The notes below the pieces were generated by a model. It was not told where the DNA came from and did not search any database. It worked only from the letters and a program-made list of their open reading frames with translations. From positions 122,080,001 to 122,144,000 of the forward strand of contig NC_045696.1 of NCBI RefSeq assembly GCF_009834535.1: DNA of 64,000 bases, in the 5' to 3' direction. How positions within the stretch are numbered: the stretch's first letter is position 1; each line of letters starts with the position of its first letter. A program made the position numbers and the translations under genes. Below are positions 1 to 13,497 of this stretch, piece after piece. Source of the stretch: Camelus ferus. Taxonomy: Eukaryota.

Positions 1-126
1 TCTTAATGATTATAATTAAAGTATAATTGAAGCAGGTATTCATCTTTTTATTTTCTTAAAATGAAAACATTGTGTTGTCTTCTTAAATGTATAATTTGCC
101 CACTTCTTAGAATTCCCTGTTCATGG

Positions 127-642
127 TGAAATAGGGGAGAACAAAGCTGAATCCATATTAAACCTGTGCCTTTAGCTCTAGCCCTGTGCTCTGTGTCCAG
201 AGCTGACTCATCCTGGTTCTGCCCCTTTTGTAAAAGAATGTTGCCCAGAGCCTGAAATAGACAGGGCAGCCCATTGCCAAGGCTGCGCTATTTAAGAGTA
301 TAACATTTTCCTGTTCATATAAAGATTAAAAAGTTGCAGAATAGAAAATAACATGTTGTTGGAAGTTTACAGGGACAGCATGACCTGACCCACATGGAAG
401 GCTGCAGAACAAAGGATTCTGACACCAAGAAGTTTGCAACAACCAACCACACCCCCTCCCCTTTTTAGTAAAAAAGGAGCCTGAATTCTGCCTTGGGGAA
501 GATGGTTCTCCAGGACATTTTTAGTCTGCATCTTCTCGGTCTGCCCACTTTCCAAATAGTTATTATTCCTTGCCCCAACACCTAGTCTCCCAACTTACTG
601 GCCTGTTGTGTGGTGAGCAGAACAATTTTGGACTTTGTAACA
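127..642 (+). mobile_element. Solo LTR of an endogenous retrovirus (ERV1-like)
   Basis: Starts TG (TGAAATAGGGGAGAACAAAG) and ends TGTAACA. Its internal and 3' sequence (CCTTGCCCCAACACCT..GGCCTGTTGTGTGGTGAGCAGAAC..GGACTTTGTAACA) resembles artiodactyl ERV1 LTRs as I recall them. Flanks ATGG/ATTG could be an imperfect 4-bp TSD. Confidence 0.6.
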
Positions 643-1427
643 ATTGGACCTGCTATCTCAGTTGTTCCTCAGAGTGTGTTATGAAACACCGGTGTCCTAC
701 TCTGTATCTAAGTATGCATACCTTACTAATGACTGGTCAGGTTCCTCAGTCCCAACTCAGGCCTGTTTATTTAGATTACCAGGTTTGAATTCTGTGGGCT
801 TTCAGAATTCTCAATTCTGAAAAAATTCTAGAGTTTAAGAAATTCACTTTTTTTTTTCAATTTGCCTATAATAAAGTTATTTATGACTTCATGCTGATAT
901 GAATTACTGTTTGGAATTATTTCTAAAAATTCCTACAAGAATACTTATGTTCCTCTCTATTAAGAATATTACATATAAGTCTAAGTTTAATGATGAAATC
1001 TGAAGTTAATCCTCAAATCAGTTCCTAAAACTTTTTCCTCTTATTCATAGGATCAGAAGATATTTTTAGTAATTAATCTAAGGTACAGGGAATAAGTAAC
1101 AATACCAATAGTAATCATAGACTTTAAAAATACTCACCAAAGGATGGTTCTATGGTTAAAGTTCCTGTGTCTTGATCTGAGATTTAATGAATGTAACTTT
1201 ATTTGACAGCCAGTAATTGTATACATATCACTGAAAATTGCTATGCGAGCCCGTTTCTTTAGACACACATTCCCATTGTACAGCAGAGGCACTGTGTTCT
1301 TCAATACATTCTTCATATAGTCTTTGTATTAATTTCAGATCCTACTTTTGAAGTTTATCCTGAATAACTCTTTCTACAGCAAATGTTGGCTTTGTGCATT
1401 TGAAATGCAGTATCTACTTTTGATTTT

Positions 1428-1517
1428 ATTCTATCCTTTTAATGGAGGTACTGGGGATTGAACCCAGGACCTCACACATCCCAGACACGTGCTCTGTACT
1501 GAGTCATACCTCCACCA
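1428..1517 (-). mobile_element. tRNA-derived camelid-type SINE (vic-1-like), short
   Basis: GGAGGTACTGGGGATTGAACCCAGGACCTC is the reverse complement of the B-box core. Flanked by a near-perfect TSD: CTACTTTTGATTTT (1414-1427) and CTCCTTTTGATTTT (1518-1531). Confidence 0.85.
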
Positions 1518-4500
1518 CTCCTTTTGATTTTGATGGGTCTCAGAAGCAAGTTATTTAGTTTAAAGATGATTTAATTGATATATTTTATTCTTCCTCCTCC
1601 ACAAGAAGAGAGATTATATAAGAAGAACATACACAGCTGGGATTTATTTGCCACAACCACTCTCAAGAAGAGAACAGGACGCTGTTGGCTTGGTGGAATG
1701 GGCAGTTTGGGGAGGGGCTGGAGTTTAACCCCTGTCAGACGCAAAAATCTACCTGACTTTGAGCAACTTACTAAGTATTTCTTTTTTTTTTTTTTTCTTT
1801 TGGTCTATAAAAAGGAAAATACTCTCACTTAGTAGCATCATAGTAAGATTTGAAGGAGATAATTTAAGAAACATATAATATCTGACTGCTTCCAGTATTA
1901 ACACTTTACATGCAATAAAGAAAATCCTTCCATGCTATAAGGAACATACCCTCTACACTTCTCTGCCTACAGGGGAAAATATTCAGGTAGGCAGTCGATC
2001 TTAGGTCTCTTATGTTAGGAGTTTCTTCTTTAGCCAAGATCAATATTGTAGCATAATTATTATTATTTGCAATTCTAAAATGTTCAGCTGTAGAGCCTAT
2101 TTGATTGTGTTTCCCAATCTCCTTACTTCATAGCAAAGTAACAAAGTATAAGATATTAAAATGTATAAACTATTTGATTACATGTATGCTGAGATGCCAG
2201 AAGCAGGCCCAATATATGTATCCTGTGTGATATATATATATATCTCCTCCTTTTTCTTAATAATGTATTCCACTATCTCTCCCTTCCCTGTTTTCCCTGG
2301 CTTGTGGCCTGTCTACTCCTGAAGTTTTATCTTGCTCTTACTATTAACATACAAATAGGTTGTGCATGTCACTTACCTCTCGATTAAGCTGGCCAAGGAC
2401 CTCAAGCATAGATTCTGCTTTAGCAATTGAAAGTGAATCTAGTACCTGCCAGCTGAGTAATTTAAAAGTGGGGTAGATTTTTATTGTCACTGTTTTGATA
2501 ATTATTTGTGTTCAAGCTTATTTGGCTTCTCCTAATCTAAGAACCCAAGGGTCTGTTTCCCCCTGTCCACGGTGTTGAATGTTCCTCATAACCCTTTGGA
2601 CTAGATGAAAATAATCACTTTTACTAATCCTATATATTAACCACATGAAAAATATCTAAGGCTTCTTTCCACTAGCCCATAGTTTAAGTAAATGTATTAT
2701 GGATGCACAATAATAGTCATCTATCAAAACTGAAGTTCCTCATAAGTGCATAAAGAGGAGAGAGAAAATATCATAAATGTAATTGAATCATTCATTTTTA
2801 TCATACTATAAAATTCAACTTGTCTGTTAATTTTATTTTTTAACTTGCTAAGATTTTAATCCTTTTTATATTTAATGGTTTCCTTCTGGTTAGGGGTTCA
2901 AGATTCACTTAAAGTTAGTTTTAATAAAAAAAAAGTTTATCTGACAGCAAAATCATGCTTTCAACAGATTAAAATTACAAAATTATGAGTTGATAATATG
3001 AGTGGTATGTTAAGATACAATTTTAAGAAAAGCAATAAACTGAAGAACTATCATTTTCAAATCTTTGCCTTCAGATAGAAATATCATGTCACTCTTTCAT
3101 ATTTGTCCATCTCTGGAATCTTTCAATTCATCTCCGTATTCTACCCATATTCTGTGAAATGTATTTTTAAAAGATAATTTTTAACAAGTTAACCTATCTT
3201 TTGATTGTTTAAAGGCCCAAACTATTTGTTAGTATAATTTTATGATATAATTAGACAAAAATTTTCACATTAAAATCTCCCAATTAACTTCCAATATCAA
3301 TAAGATTTATGATTCCTATACTCATAATTTTGTGGAAATAAAAGTTTGATTTCAAAGCTATAGAATTTAAACATTCTCACATAGTGTCTACAACATAGTT
3401 TTAACCCCCAAAGGTTTTGAGTCAGTCATTAAGCTATTTTTCTTGTAGAGCCAAGAAGTTAACTGATCCAGGTAATCACCTGATTTATCACTCAAATATC
3501 AAATTTATAGTTCTCCTTTTATTAAAAATGTGTTAATACAAGACACAGTGTATCGATACTGAGAGATAAACACATAGCAGCATTTTAGAAAAACAATAAA
3601 AATTGAATAAACTTTTAGTCAAGATAGGAATTTTTCTTTAGCAAAATAACCTTAAAGAGTCATGTCTAATTAATACTTTTCATCAAGTAACATTTCACCA
3701 GATAGCATGTTTAAAGGACATTAATTTCAAAGAGAAAATTGTCAGAATCAAAAGAATTTCCGAAGTCTGAAACTTTTGAACAATATATATATTTTTAAAT
3801 GCTTTGATTTAAAGAGGTACTATCCCCTGTTTTCGTGACTTTGATTCATTGCTGTGTAGACAGAGTTAAACCCAAGATAATACTGAGAGGTGTGTTAGCT
3901 GTTAACTTTGAGGTGATTAATGGCAACACAAGATATCAAGTATCTAAGAGTTGAAGAACTATTAACTTGGGAGAAAGCCAAAAAAGCCAGAGGAAACTAT
4001 AAGTCACACCAACAAAAGGCAATGAAAAAGCAAGGTGCTGCTTTTGATTGAATTTTGATTTATACCTTGAATCCATGCTAAATTGTCAAAAGACATTTGA
4101 ACATAGTGTTCACGTGGTCTAAATCAAAACTTGCTCATGAAATAGAATAAAAAACTGATCTATCATTATGGCAAAAATCAAAACATAACATATGAAACAT
4201 AGTAAACAAGTTGTATATATATTTGAATACAGCAAAATTTAAGAACTTTTAGTTCTTGCAAGATTTAAAGGTTTGAGAAATTTAAACTTTAGGAGAAAAG
4301 GCCAGAAAGAATAAAGACATGCTGAGAGTGATGGATGTAGCTCTCATATGATCTAGTCATTGAGACCCCCCCAATGATCCTGAAATTGTCTAAGGCATTA
4401 TGTAACCCCTCTTGATCCTCACAGAACACTCGCTAGATATGTGTTTGCTTCATTCTTGAAATACGTTATAAATTGTATAGATTTTGTAAACTGAAATTCA

Positions 4501-4557
4501 GAAATATTAAATTTTTTGTGGCTACTCAAAAGTAAGTATTTCATCACAATTCAAATC

Positions 4558-4992
4558 AGTAATAGGGTTATTAATCAGTCTAATTTCAATATCATTGTGT
4601 CTCAGGGAATAGGGAGGCCTGAGGAGAGGGACAGAGGTGGGGGGACAGCAGGAGGGGCAGCACTCAGAGCACACACGGCATTTATTGATTAAACTCATCA
4701 TCTTACATGGATGCGGTTTATGGTGGCCCCAAACAAGCATAGTAGTAATATCAAAGATCACTGATCACAAATCACCATAAAAATATAATAATGATGGAAA
4801 AGTTTTAAATATGGTGAAAGTTACCAAAATGGAACACAGAGACACAAAGTGAGAAAATGCTTTTGGAAAAATGGTACCTATGGACTTGCTCAATGCAGGG
4901 ATGCCACAAAAATTCAATTTGTAAAAAGAAAGACAGAAAAGAATGTCTGTGCATTGCAATAAACAAAGCACAATAAAACAAGATATGACTTC
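4558..4992 (-). mobile_element. Tigger1 DNA transposon, 5' terminal fragment
   Basis: The reverse complement follows the recalled Tigger1 5' end: CTTGTTTTATTGTGCTTTG..TACAAATTGAA..GAGCAAGTC..GTGATCAGTGATCTTTGAT..GGCCTCCCTATTCCCTGAGACACAA..GAAATTAG. Confidence 0.8.
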
Positions 4993-7900
4993 ATGAAACA
5001 TGAGAAAGTTATAGAACATTTTACTAAGGAAACAGCAGGTGAGTTGAATTTGGAAAACTGAGTCAGTAGTCCAGGCTTCCTGATGACAGGGAAGGGAAGA
5101 AGAGAAGGGCCCTTCGGGAAGGGGAGACAGCACACCAAGGCCCATATTAAAGCAAACAGCACATCCAGTGTGCCCGGGGTGTGGAGCCTGTGAGCGGGCA
5201 CGGCAGATCGAAGCTCACAGAGACACAGCGAGTCAGACTGTGATGACGGGCTCCTCAGCAGAGGCGCTACCAGCATACTGGGCAGCTCTCTGCTGTTCAT
5301 GACAGTTTTGGAGGAGGATGCTTGGCATCACTGGTCCTCATCGATTAAATCCCAGTAGCAAGTCCTAGTCCTTGCAACAGGTCAAACCCACCTCCTCTCC
5401 AGTACTACACATACTTTTCCAGAAGCATCTGATGAGAGTTGTAGTCTCACACACACACACACACCCTGTGACACTGAGGGCCATTATAGGCTGCTAAGGA
5501 ACTTGGACAACATTCAATGGAAAATGAGGATCGATGACTAACATGACCACATAAGACATCATACGCTGACATCATACTACATGATTGTACCGTGCTTTAT
5601 AATAATTGAAAGCAGAATTCACTTATGTGATAAGTCATTTACATTGTAAGGGAAAAACAGAAATCATCCTTAACGTGAGAAAAGTTGTATTAAGTTTCAT
5701 TGAGAATCTAGTTACGGAATGTGCTGGTTTCAGGCTATGACAGCCCATGTGCTGTGAAACTGCATCAGGGCACATCTTTGTTTTATTAACTCAAAGCAAA
5801 CGTGACAGGCTATTTTATCCACCTACACACGTATCTACATACATGCACACATACTCACACAGACACACACACTGCTTTATAAAGCCCCCTCCCAGATACA
5901 GTTTTGAAAAGTAGAATTTTAATTCTTGAAATAATTGTAAATGTTCTTAACAATGTGGTAATTCCAGATGCAATGTTTTTAGTCACTGCATTATGAAAAT
6001 GGGTAACAACTTAAGCCCTGATGAAAATGATGGTGAAAGCCAACTCAGCCTATGTTTCACAGCCGAATTATTTCCTGCAGTAAAGCTGAGTCCACAGCAT
6101 ATGATTCCCTTCAGTGTTAGTATGGAACCCACCTCAATGTCCATCACATTTTGTGAAGCTGTGTACAATTTTTAAGCTGTGTTATCAGTGATGGAACTAT
6201 GATTACATCATGTAAGCAGGGTGGAAGTCTGCACTTCTCTTCTTTTCTTAAATATCCTAGGGGTGAGGATTTTTCCCCCCCCCCAGGATATCTGGAGAAA
6301 AGCAGGTTTGTCTCAGTGCTGTTCCTGCCACTCTATCATTTCTATTCCTCATTAGCATTTGATTGGAAATCATACAATGTATTACCTGGAAGCAATAGAG
6401 CTTGACTTGCAAGTTAGAAACAATAGTTCTGATTAAATGTTAGGTTTGCGAATTTGATTCTCACCTTAGGAAACTAACACCCACATCCGTCTGCACCAGG
6501 TAGTTTGTTCCTAGTGCATTTGCTTCCCATCATAAGCTATGCCTAATAAAAATAACCTCGTCCAAGAGATTCTCAGGACCAACTGCCTGCCTTTGCCCTT
6601 TGAGACTTCCATTGCTTCCTTTCACTAAAGGTGATGCTCCAGCGATGTTCTCAATGACCGTATTGTCTTCCTGCTGTCTGTTCTGGCTCCCTTCCTGTAA
6701 GGAATTGGAAAACCAGTCTCCAGCTGCCTACAGCTTAGGTAGCCAATTATATGACTTTAGCCTTATTGGGTGCATATGGGATCTGTGAAGGATTTTTTAA
6801 TTAAAGTCTTTGAGTTATTCACACATAAAGGATAATAATTTCTTAGGGGATCTTTCTGAAATTTTTATCATCATAAAAATGCATTGAGTTGTAAACAACT
6901 TTCTCAAACTCTAAACTTTTGTGTTGTGATATGTACAATTTAATGCAAGACAGGAAGGAAACTGAGAATAAAGTCAGTGTACGTTGTTGTCCAGAATTAT
7001 TAACAATTGAAAACAGAAAGCTACTTGTAGCTTATTTGAATTTCACTCTTCAGATTTGATTGTAAGGTGAAAATAAAACTTAATTAAATCATTTAAGCAG
7101 GAAAGCATTTTCAGAATCTTGTTTGAAAGCAAGGGCAAGAAAAACAAGCCCTCTGAAAAAGCAGTTTTGCACATCGCTCTGCTTCCTCTGCTGAGAAGAC
7201 ATCATTTCCTCCTCTGGCCCACTGCGCTCCCACCTCCTGCTCCTCCACTCTCCTCTTCTCTGCTTTGAAGTCACTCTCTTTCTATCTCAGGCCCCTCAAC
7301 TTTGTACCTTCCTTGCTTTTCCTACAACCTCTCTGGGACCTTTCCCTCATTTTAGATGCTAATTAGTACTTGCTAACTTGAAATCTTAAAAGCTGAGTAT
7401 CATAAGCACTTTAGCACATCACAAAATTCTGTGATCACAGGCAGATTTCAAAATAGTTTATTGCGGAAATTAGAAGATGCTAAGGACTCTGCCATCTTTT
7501 GAGAAAAGTGCAAAAAACAGAATATGTGTCTACATTTTACATTTATTTTATTTTCACAGTTCATGTCTAATTCTGCCATTCTTACACTGTCTGAAAACAA
7601 ACCCGGCTTTTGTTCTTTCTGGCTGGTGTGATTCCTGCCATCAGAATCCTGGCTTAGCTTCTTCAAAGGCAGCCCAGATACCACAGATTTTACAGTTTTC
7701 ATTCCAATTCCTCTATGTCTGTGTTCCATAGGTTTTTTTGGTTTTGTTTTGTTTTAACAGAAAATCATATATGAATATGTATAACAATCTTAGGTCTAGT
7801 GGAAAAAGAAAAGATCATTCTTAAGAAGTCAGATTTCATATGCCATGATTTCTTTTCAGTTAAATTGCATTTATAAAATGTGATACATCAGCTGCTCTGA

Positions 7901-10900
7901 GAGTGAGATGTTGAAACAGAGCTGAGTGTGTGGGAGAGAGGAGGGGAGGAAGTACACTGTCTCTCTGGAGAGAGTTAGAACTGGAGCATCACCCAGTGAG
8001 CAGAGCCTCCACTGACCCAGGGATGTCTGGAGCTAAAAGCACCCTATTCGGAGTGGTCCAGCTTTGAGGGGAAATGGCTGCACCTTGGTGATCCTTCATC
8101 AGACAGTGATGGATGTGCAGCGCCCCGGGAAGGGTGTGGCCTTGGGCAGCAACCCCTTCAGCTGGGGTAGTCCCTGCGGTCTCTGCCCCTGCCCAGGGGC
8201 AGTGGGGGCGCCTGCTGCAGTCAGTCCCTAGGACCGCGGACGCTGCATCTCCACACCCGACTCCCAAGAAATGTCTCACGTCTGGACTTCTGCTGATGAT
8301 TTTTGCTGTAAAACATGACATTCTCTCAGCTCATCGTTGTTATGGAAATTGTTGATACATTTGAAAGTCATACTCTTTGGCATTTTTTGTTTTATTCAAA
8401 AAATACTTTAACTTCTTTTAAAATTTTATCCATAGGTCAGATTCTATTGTCTAAAGCTGATTTTTGTTGACACATTTCTTTGAAATTTTTGCTTTTTTTC
8501 CCCTTTGGAAGAACTTGTTTAATAACTACTAGTAAAATTGCTGCTATTATTTATTCTTTACTTTTCTTGGGTATTTTCTACATTAATTTGAAAAAAAAAA
8601 AAAAGAACCATTGAGTTAAGTGGTAGAGTCAACTCTAAGCATGAGGAATAAGAGGGCCTTTAATTCTGGTGTGAAGTAGAGAAAGATAATAAAAGCTCTT
8701 GTTTATGGTGTTTACCAGCAGCACGACTTAAATGTTTGCAGATAAATAGGGAATACCTCTATTTTTTTTTATATACACACCACACGCAAATTTGGACTAC
8801 GTTTTCATAGCACTTTAACTTTAAAAATTTATGTACTTATTACCTCAACTAAGATGCATTAATTGGCACCCCAGTAATAACTCAGATGCCCCCTCTGCAG
8901 GACCCAATCACTCCTCTTCCACTGTAAATGCTCAATAAACAAATATTTGAATGATAATATATCACAGTCTTTAGAGTTATAGGGATATAGAGGGGGTTTT
9001 CCTCCACATTTTTAACTTCAGAAATTCTACTTTTATTATTAACTTTAAGAGTTTGTTCATGTACAATAAATAGAAGTTAGCATATAACATCATTTGGGTG
9101 TCAAAGCTGCTGTGAGTTTCTCAGTTGCTGCCTCCACAGTGAGAATGTTTTCCTGACTAGCACAGACTGCTGCTTAAATTTAGGTACTGATCTCTATCTT
9201 TTCTTTTTTTTAATTTAAATGCATATTTTAACATTTGTACCTTCACAAAGATGAATATCCCAAATTAATTTTATGTTAGTTAAAAATTCACTCAAAGGTA
9301 TATTTTCAATGAACAATTAATTTATAATAATACATTTAAAATTTAAATTAATTTTACATCTTTTGAAATAAGAACATAAAAGATGATTTTTTACTAAATT
9401 TAATTATTCTAAATGAAATCAGATGTCCTAATATCGAGTCAGATTTAGCTGCTTGAAGTAATTAAGCTTGTTGGTGTATATCAGGCATGCTTATAGAAGC
9501 CACTAAGGTAAGATTAATTACATTACAGCTTGTAATGCATTACCTCACTCAAGGTAATAATATGTAATTACTTGAATTCACTGAGCATTTCCAATCTGTA
9601 TCTTAGTTTAAAAAACATTGCATAATTGAAATTGGCATGTCTACAGTCAAAATGACATTTGGAAGCCTGGCAGAATGCTAGTGACATTGGAGGACAAAGG
9701 CCCTGAGGAAGCTCTGAGATGAAGTGCTGTGGGGAGGAGCCTTGTGGACATTACCCAGCCTAAGGGAATTATGGGTTAATAGCATTAAGGTTTAAGATAT
9801 GCAGATGTGGCCATGCAATAAATCATTAAACTTGCATGTATCATATATTTAGATCCAGATCAGTAATCAGAAGATCAAAATCTGTTGGATCCAAAAATAA
9901 GCAACCACCCATTGAAACACCAACAAACTCTAACAAACAATCAAAAAGGAGAACTTCTTTTAAAGAAGAATTTGAAGGACATCAAATTACAAGCAAGATT
10001 CACAAGGTCTTCAAAAACAAAATAAGCTGTGATGCCCAGGGAAACCTTTATAGATACACAAAGTGGAATTGATCATATGTTCATTTATATTTATTTCCAA
10101 TCACATTTTGCAATAATATAAACTAAAAATGGAAAGAACAAATTTTCAAAGACTTGTGTTTGGTGTGTGGGGACAAGTTCCACACTCAAAGTTCATTTTA
10201 ACAGATAGCATGCATTTAAATATTCAAGCAAGTTATGCCTACCAACTTACCATTGATAGAGCAACTGACCAGGAGTTTTATACAGACTTTGGCATCATAT
10301 CCTCAAATCTCAGAAGATCAGTCTTCTCGCTTTGTGACTATAGAAGCTTAGGCAGAGCTGGCCTTGAAACTTAAGTGTCTCTGACTACAAATCTGTGGAA
10401 GATAATAGTGTGATTTATCAATAGTTCTGGTTCTCCTGAGCACATGAGGCTAGTCAGAGAACCTGTTTACCTCCTTGAAGTTAGATGTGGCTTGTGATTG
10501 GTTTTAGCCAAGAAATGTGTGCAGATGGGACATATGTTACTTAAGGGTGAAAGCAATTAATTGATGGTAGAAAGCTCCAGGGCTCTGTTTCAAAGTGACA
10601 ACAGTCTTGGTGGATGTGGAAACATGGGGTTGAACTCTCCTTGGCTTGATGGTTGCCATGGACTGTCAGCTAAGCTTACCATTGTGCCTGTCTGATGAGA
10701 AGGAAGTTCTCCTTGTTCTAAGTCATTGCTGCTGTTTGTTTGGTTACTCTGGCATAACATAGTCTGATGAATAAAAACAAGTTCAAGCTTGTTCCAATAT
10801 GTTCCAATGTCAGTGAATCAAGCTGAAATTATTCCAGAAAATCCGCATTTCCACCTACAGACCCAACTTAAACATATTTGCATATTTCTTACTCAAACAA

Positions 10901-11132
10901 GGCTTGTACCAGTTTAGGAAAAATCTTCAAGTATCAGTCAAAACTCTTGCATGAATAGTCATGCTATCTCAAGCTCAAGCAAGTCCAAAGTTGGCTCATC
11001 ACTTCACTCTACCCTCAAACTTGTTGTCCACCTAATCATCTCAGTGGGGAACCAGGGAGCAATCCTGCTTCTTAAGACTCCTGCATCCATCTCCCCATGT
11101 AACTACCTACATGGTGATATCATGCTGATTCT

Positions 11133-11163
11133 TTATTATTATTATTATTATATTATTATATTA

Positions 11164-11192
<29 letters not shown>
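11133..11192. repeat. (TAT)n microsatellite at the tail end of the adjacent SINE
   Basis: Imperfect TAT array seen directly. It produces the poly-Tyr spurious ORF at 10951-11193. Confidence 0.9.
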
Positions 11193-11194
<2 letters not shown>

Positions 11195-11196
<2 letters not shown>

Positions 11197-11331
11197 TTTG
11201 TTTTATTTTGCTGGGTTTATTTTGGGGGGGTAACTAGGTTTATTGTTTATTTACTGGAGATCCTGGGGACTGGATCCTGGACCTCACGCACGCTAAGCCG
11301 GGCTCCACGGCTGAGCTGCACCCCCACCCAC
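11195..11331 (-). mobile_element. Diverged camelid-type tRNA-derived SINE
   Basis: GGGGGGTAACTAGGTTTATT..GGAGATCCTGGGGACTGGATCCTGGACCTCACGCACGCTAAG..CTGAGCTGCACCCCCACCC aligns by eye to the reverse complement of the copy at 15793. Confidence 0.75.
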
Positions 11332-13296
11332 CATGCTGACTGTTAACACTTGCCTGCAGTGCTGTTTCCTTCCCATTGGCAGTGCTAGTTTAGCGCTGTA
11401 TCTTCAAATTGTAATAACCAGATTTATTGCAGCCTTTCAAACTTTAAATTATCCTCTACCTTTGTTAATTAAGATATCATTCTGAAATCCAAATCTGATC
11501 ATGCAGAAAGTACATAATCAATACTTGTTAGAGCACCCATGGACTTCCCTACTATGGCATCTCACGTCTTCTACTGTAATTTCTCCATGTGGTTGGCCTT
11601 CTTTATCCACCAACCTGTGACTTGCTCTAGGGCAGAGACTTCAGATTCATCTTTTCAGTTTCAGTTCTCTTTTCTCCCACCCTCACCCACACCACACCCT
11701 CCTATGTCAACCCTCACCTCCCCCAACCTCTCCACCCCTGTCTGCTGCTTAACCTCAAGGAACATATAAGAGAATCCTGAATCCTGGCTGGCAAATGAAG
11801 GCAACAGGGTAAAAATCCATACAAATGGCATAATGGATGCTGATCTGAATAAGGCACCCTCGAAGACGGCTCCAGATCTCTTTGACTCATCTTCCAATTC
11901 CCATTTATCACTTCAAAGTGGAAGAGCAGTCATGTATTTTTGTTAATAGAACTACTCAGAAATGAGGTTTCTGTTAAGTGCAGAATTTGCATAGACTTAT
12001 CAAGGATGTATGTGTACTACATTAAATATTTGGAATTTAGTGAATATCCAGCAAAAAACATTTTTATATTTGTCCACAAAGCACATATGCATTTTATCTT
12101 ACAATTCTTGAAAATGGTTTGGGTTGATAAAGAATATTATTTTTATTATTCATTAGAAATATTGTAGTTTGCCAGGCACTGAGGAGGAAATGCAACATTT
12201 CAAGTTAAAAACCATTGCCAGAGCTATTTTAAATCTAAATAGCATCAAAAAATATGCACTTACTCCTCTTGTTTAAATAGGTAAATTCAAACTACAGTAA
12301 TAGAGAGATTTGCCAAGTCATATCTCTGTGATGAGAAAAATGTACTTGCAAAATAACTTAACCAAGAAGATTTAGAAATAAACGTATAATTTTAATAGGG
12401 TTGATATTTGAGAAGATTTGTTCCTAAAAAATGCTTTCATATTTTTTTCGTTTAAAAAAATCAGAGGGGAAAAAAAAAAAACCCTTCTGCTATGATAGAA
12501 TTATATACACAGTTGCCAAGAGTTGAGAAGATGATGCCAGCTAAGTGAACTTTCCCAAAATTAATTGATCAAGACACACCTATTGGTTTGAAAAACCATC
12601 TGTAAACATATATGAAAGAGTGACAGGGAGATGCTCAGTGCAGAGGTCACAAAAACTGGGGGAGGGGGGTGCTCAATTAATACTTTCACTTTCCAGGAAA
12701 GATGAAACAGTTGATTGTCTTAGTGATGTTTTAGATGCCTGTGATATTAATGCAAACTAATTGCTCTCACTACCTTTACAGTATTTGCAGAGGCTAGCAG
12801 GTTGAATTTAGAGACCTCAATAATTTAAATGTCAAACAAAATGACTAAAGATCCAATTACAGAAGTTTTCAGCATCACTATTAGGAAAAGTGCAAATTAT
12901 TAAGATAAACATGTACATAAAATTGGAGATAATCAAATCTATTAACTCTTCAAATTTAATGAAAAAGAAGAAAATGAAATTTTCTTGTACAGTCTTTTAA
13001 AGCTGATAAGTCAACAAGTGCCTGAAATGTGGTAGCTGCTTAATAACTGTTTGTTAAGTGAAGTAAGTGACGTAAAGCCCTCATCACATCTTACTCTTCA
13101 AAAGATCTTGAAATTCTGGACACATGGAGCTTGATTTTAAAATAAAGAAAACTACCAGATATTCAAAGAAACTCAAATAGTGGGAAATATTCTTATAGTT
13201 ATGAGATTTCAATAGTATAATCTAGTTCTCCTTCCTGGGGAGTGGTCACTGTATTATAGTTAATTCTCCCTTAAATTCTTCCTCAGTGATGGTCCA

Positions 13297-13337
13297 AGAA
13301 GAAGAAAAAAAGAATGGAGGAAGAAAGAAAGGAACGA

Positions 13338-13376
<39 letters not shown>

Positions 13377-13497
13377 GAAGAAGGAAGAAGGAAGGAAGGA
13401 ATGATACAGGAAGAAAGAAAAAGAAGAAGAAAGAAAGAAAGAAGAAAGAAGAAAGAAAGAAAGAAAGAAAGAAAAGAGAGAGAAATAACATAAAGAA
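13297..13497. repeat. GA-rich (GAAA/GAA/GGAA)n simple repeat
   Basis: About 200 bp of almost pure purine on the + strand. It explains the F/L/S-rich and K/E/R-rich ORFs in the track. Confidence 0.95.
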
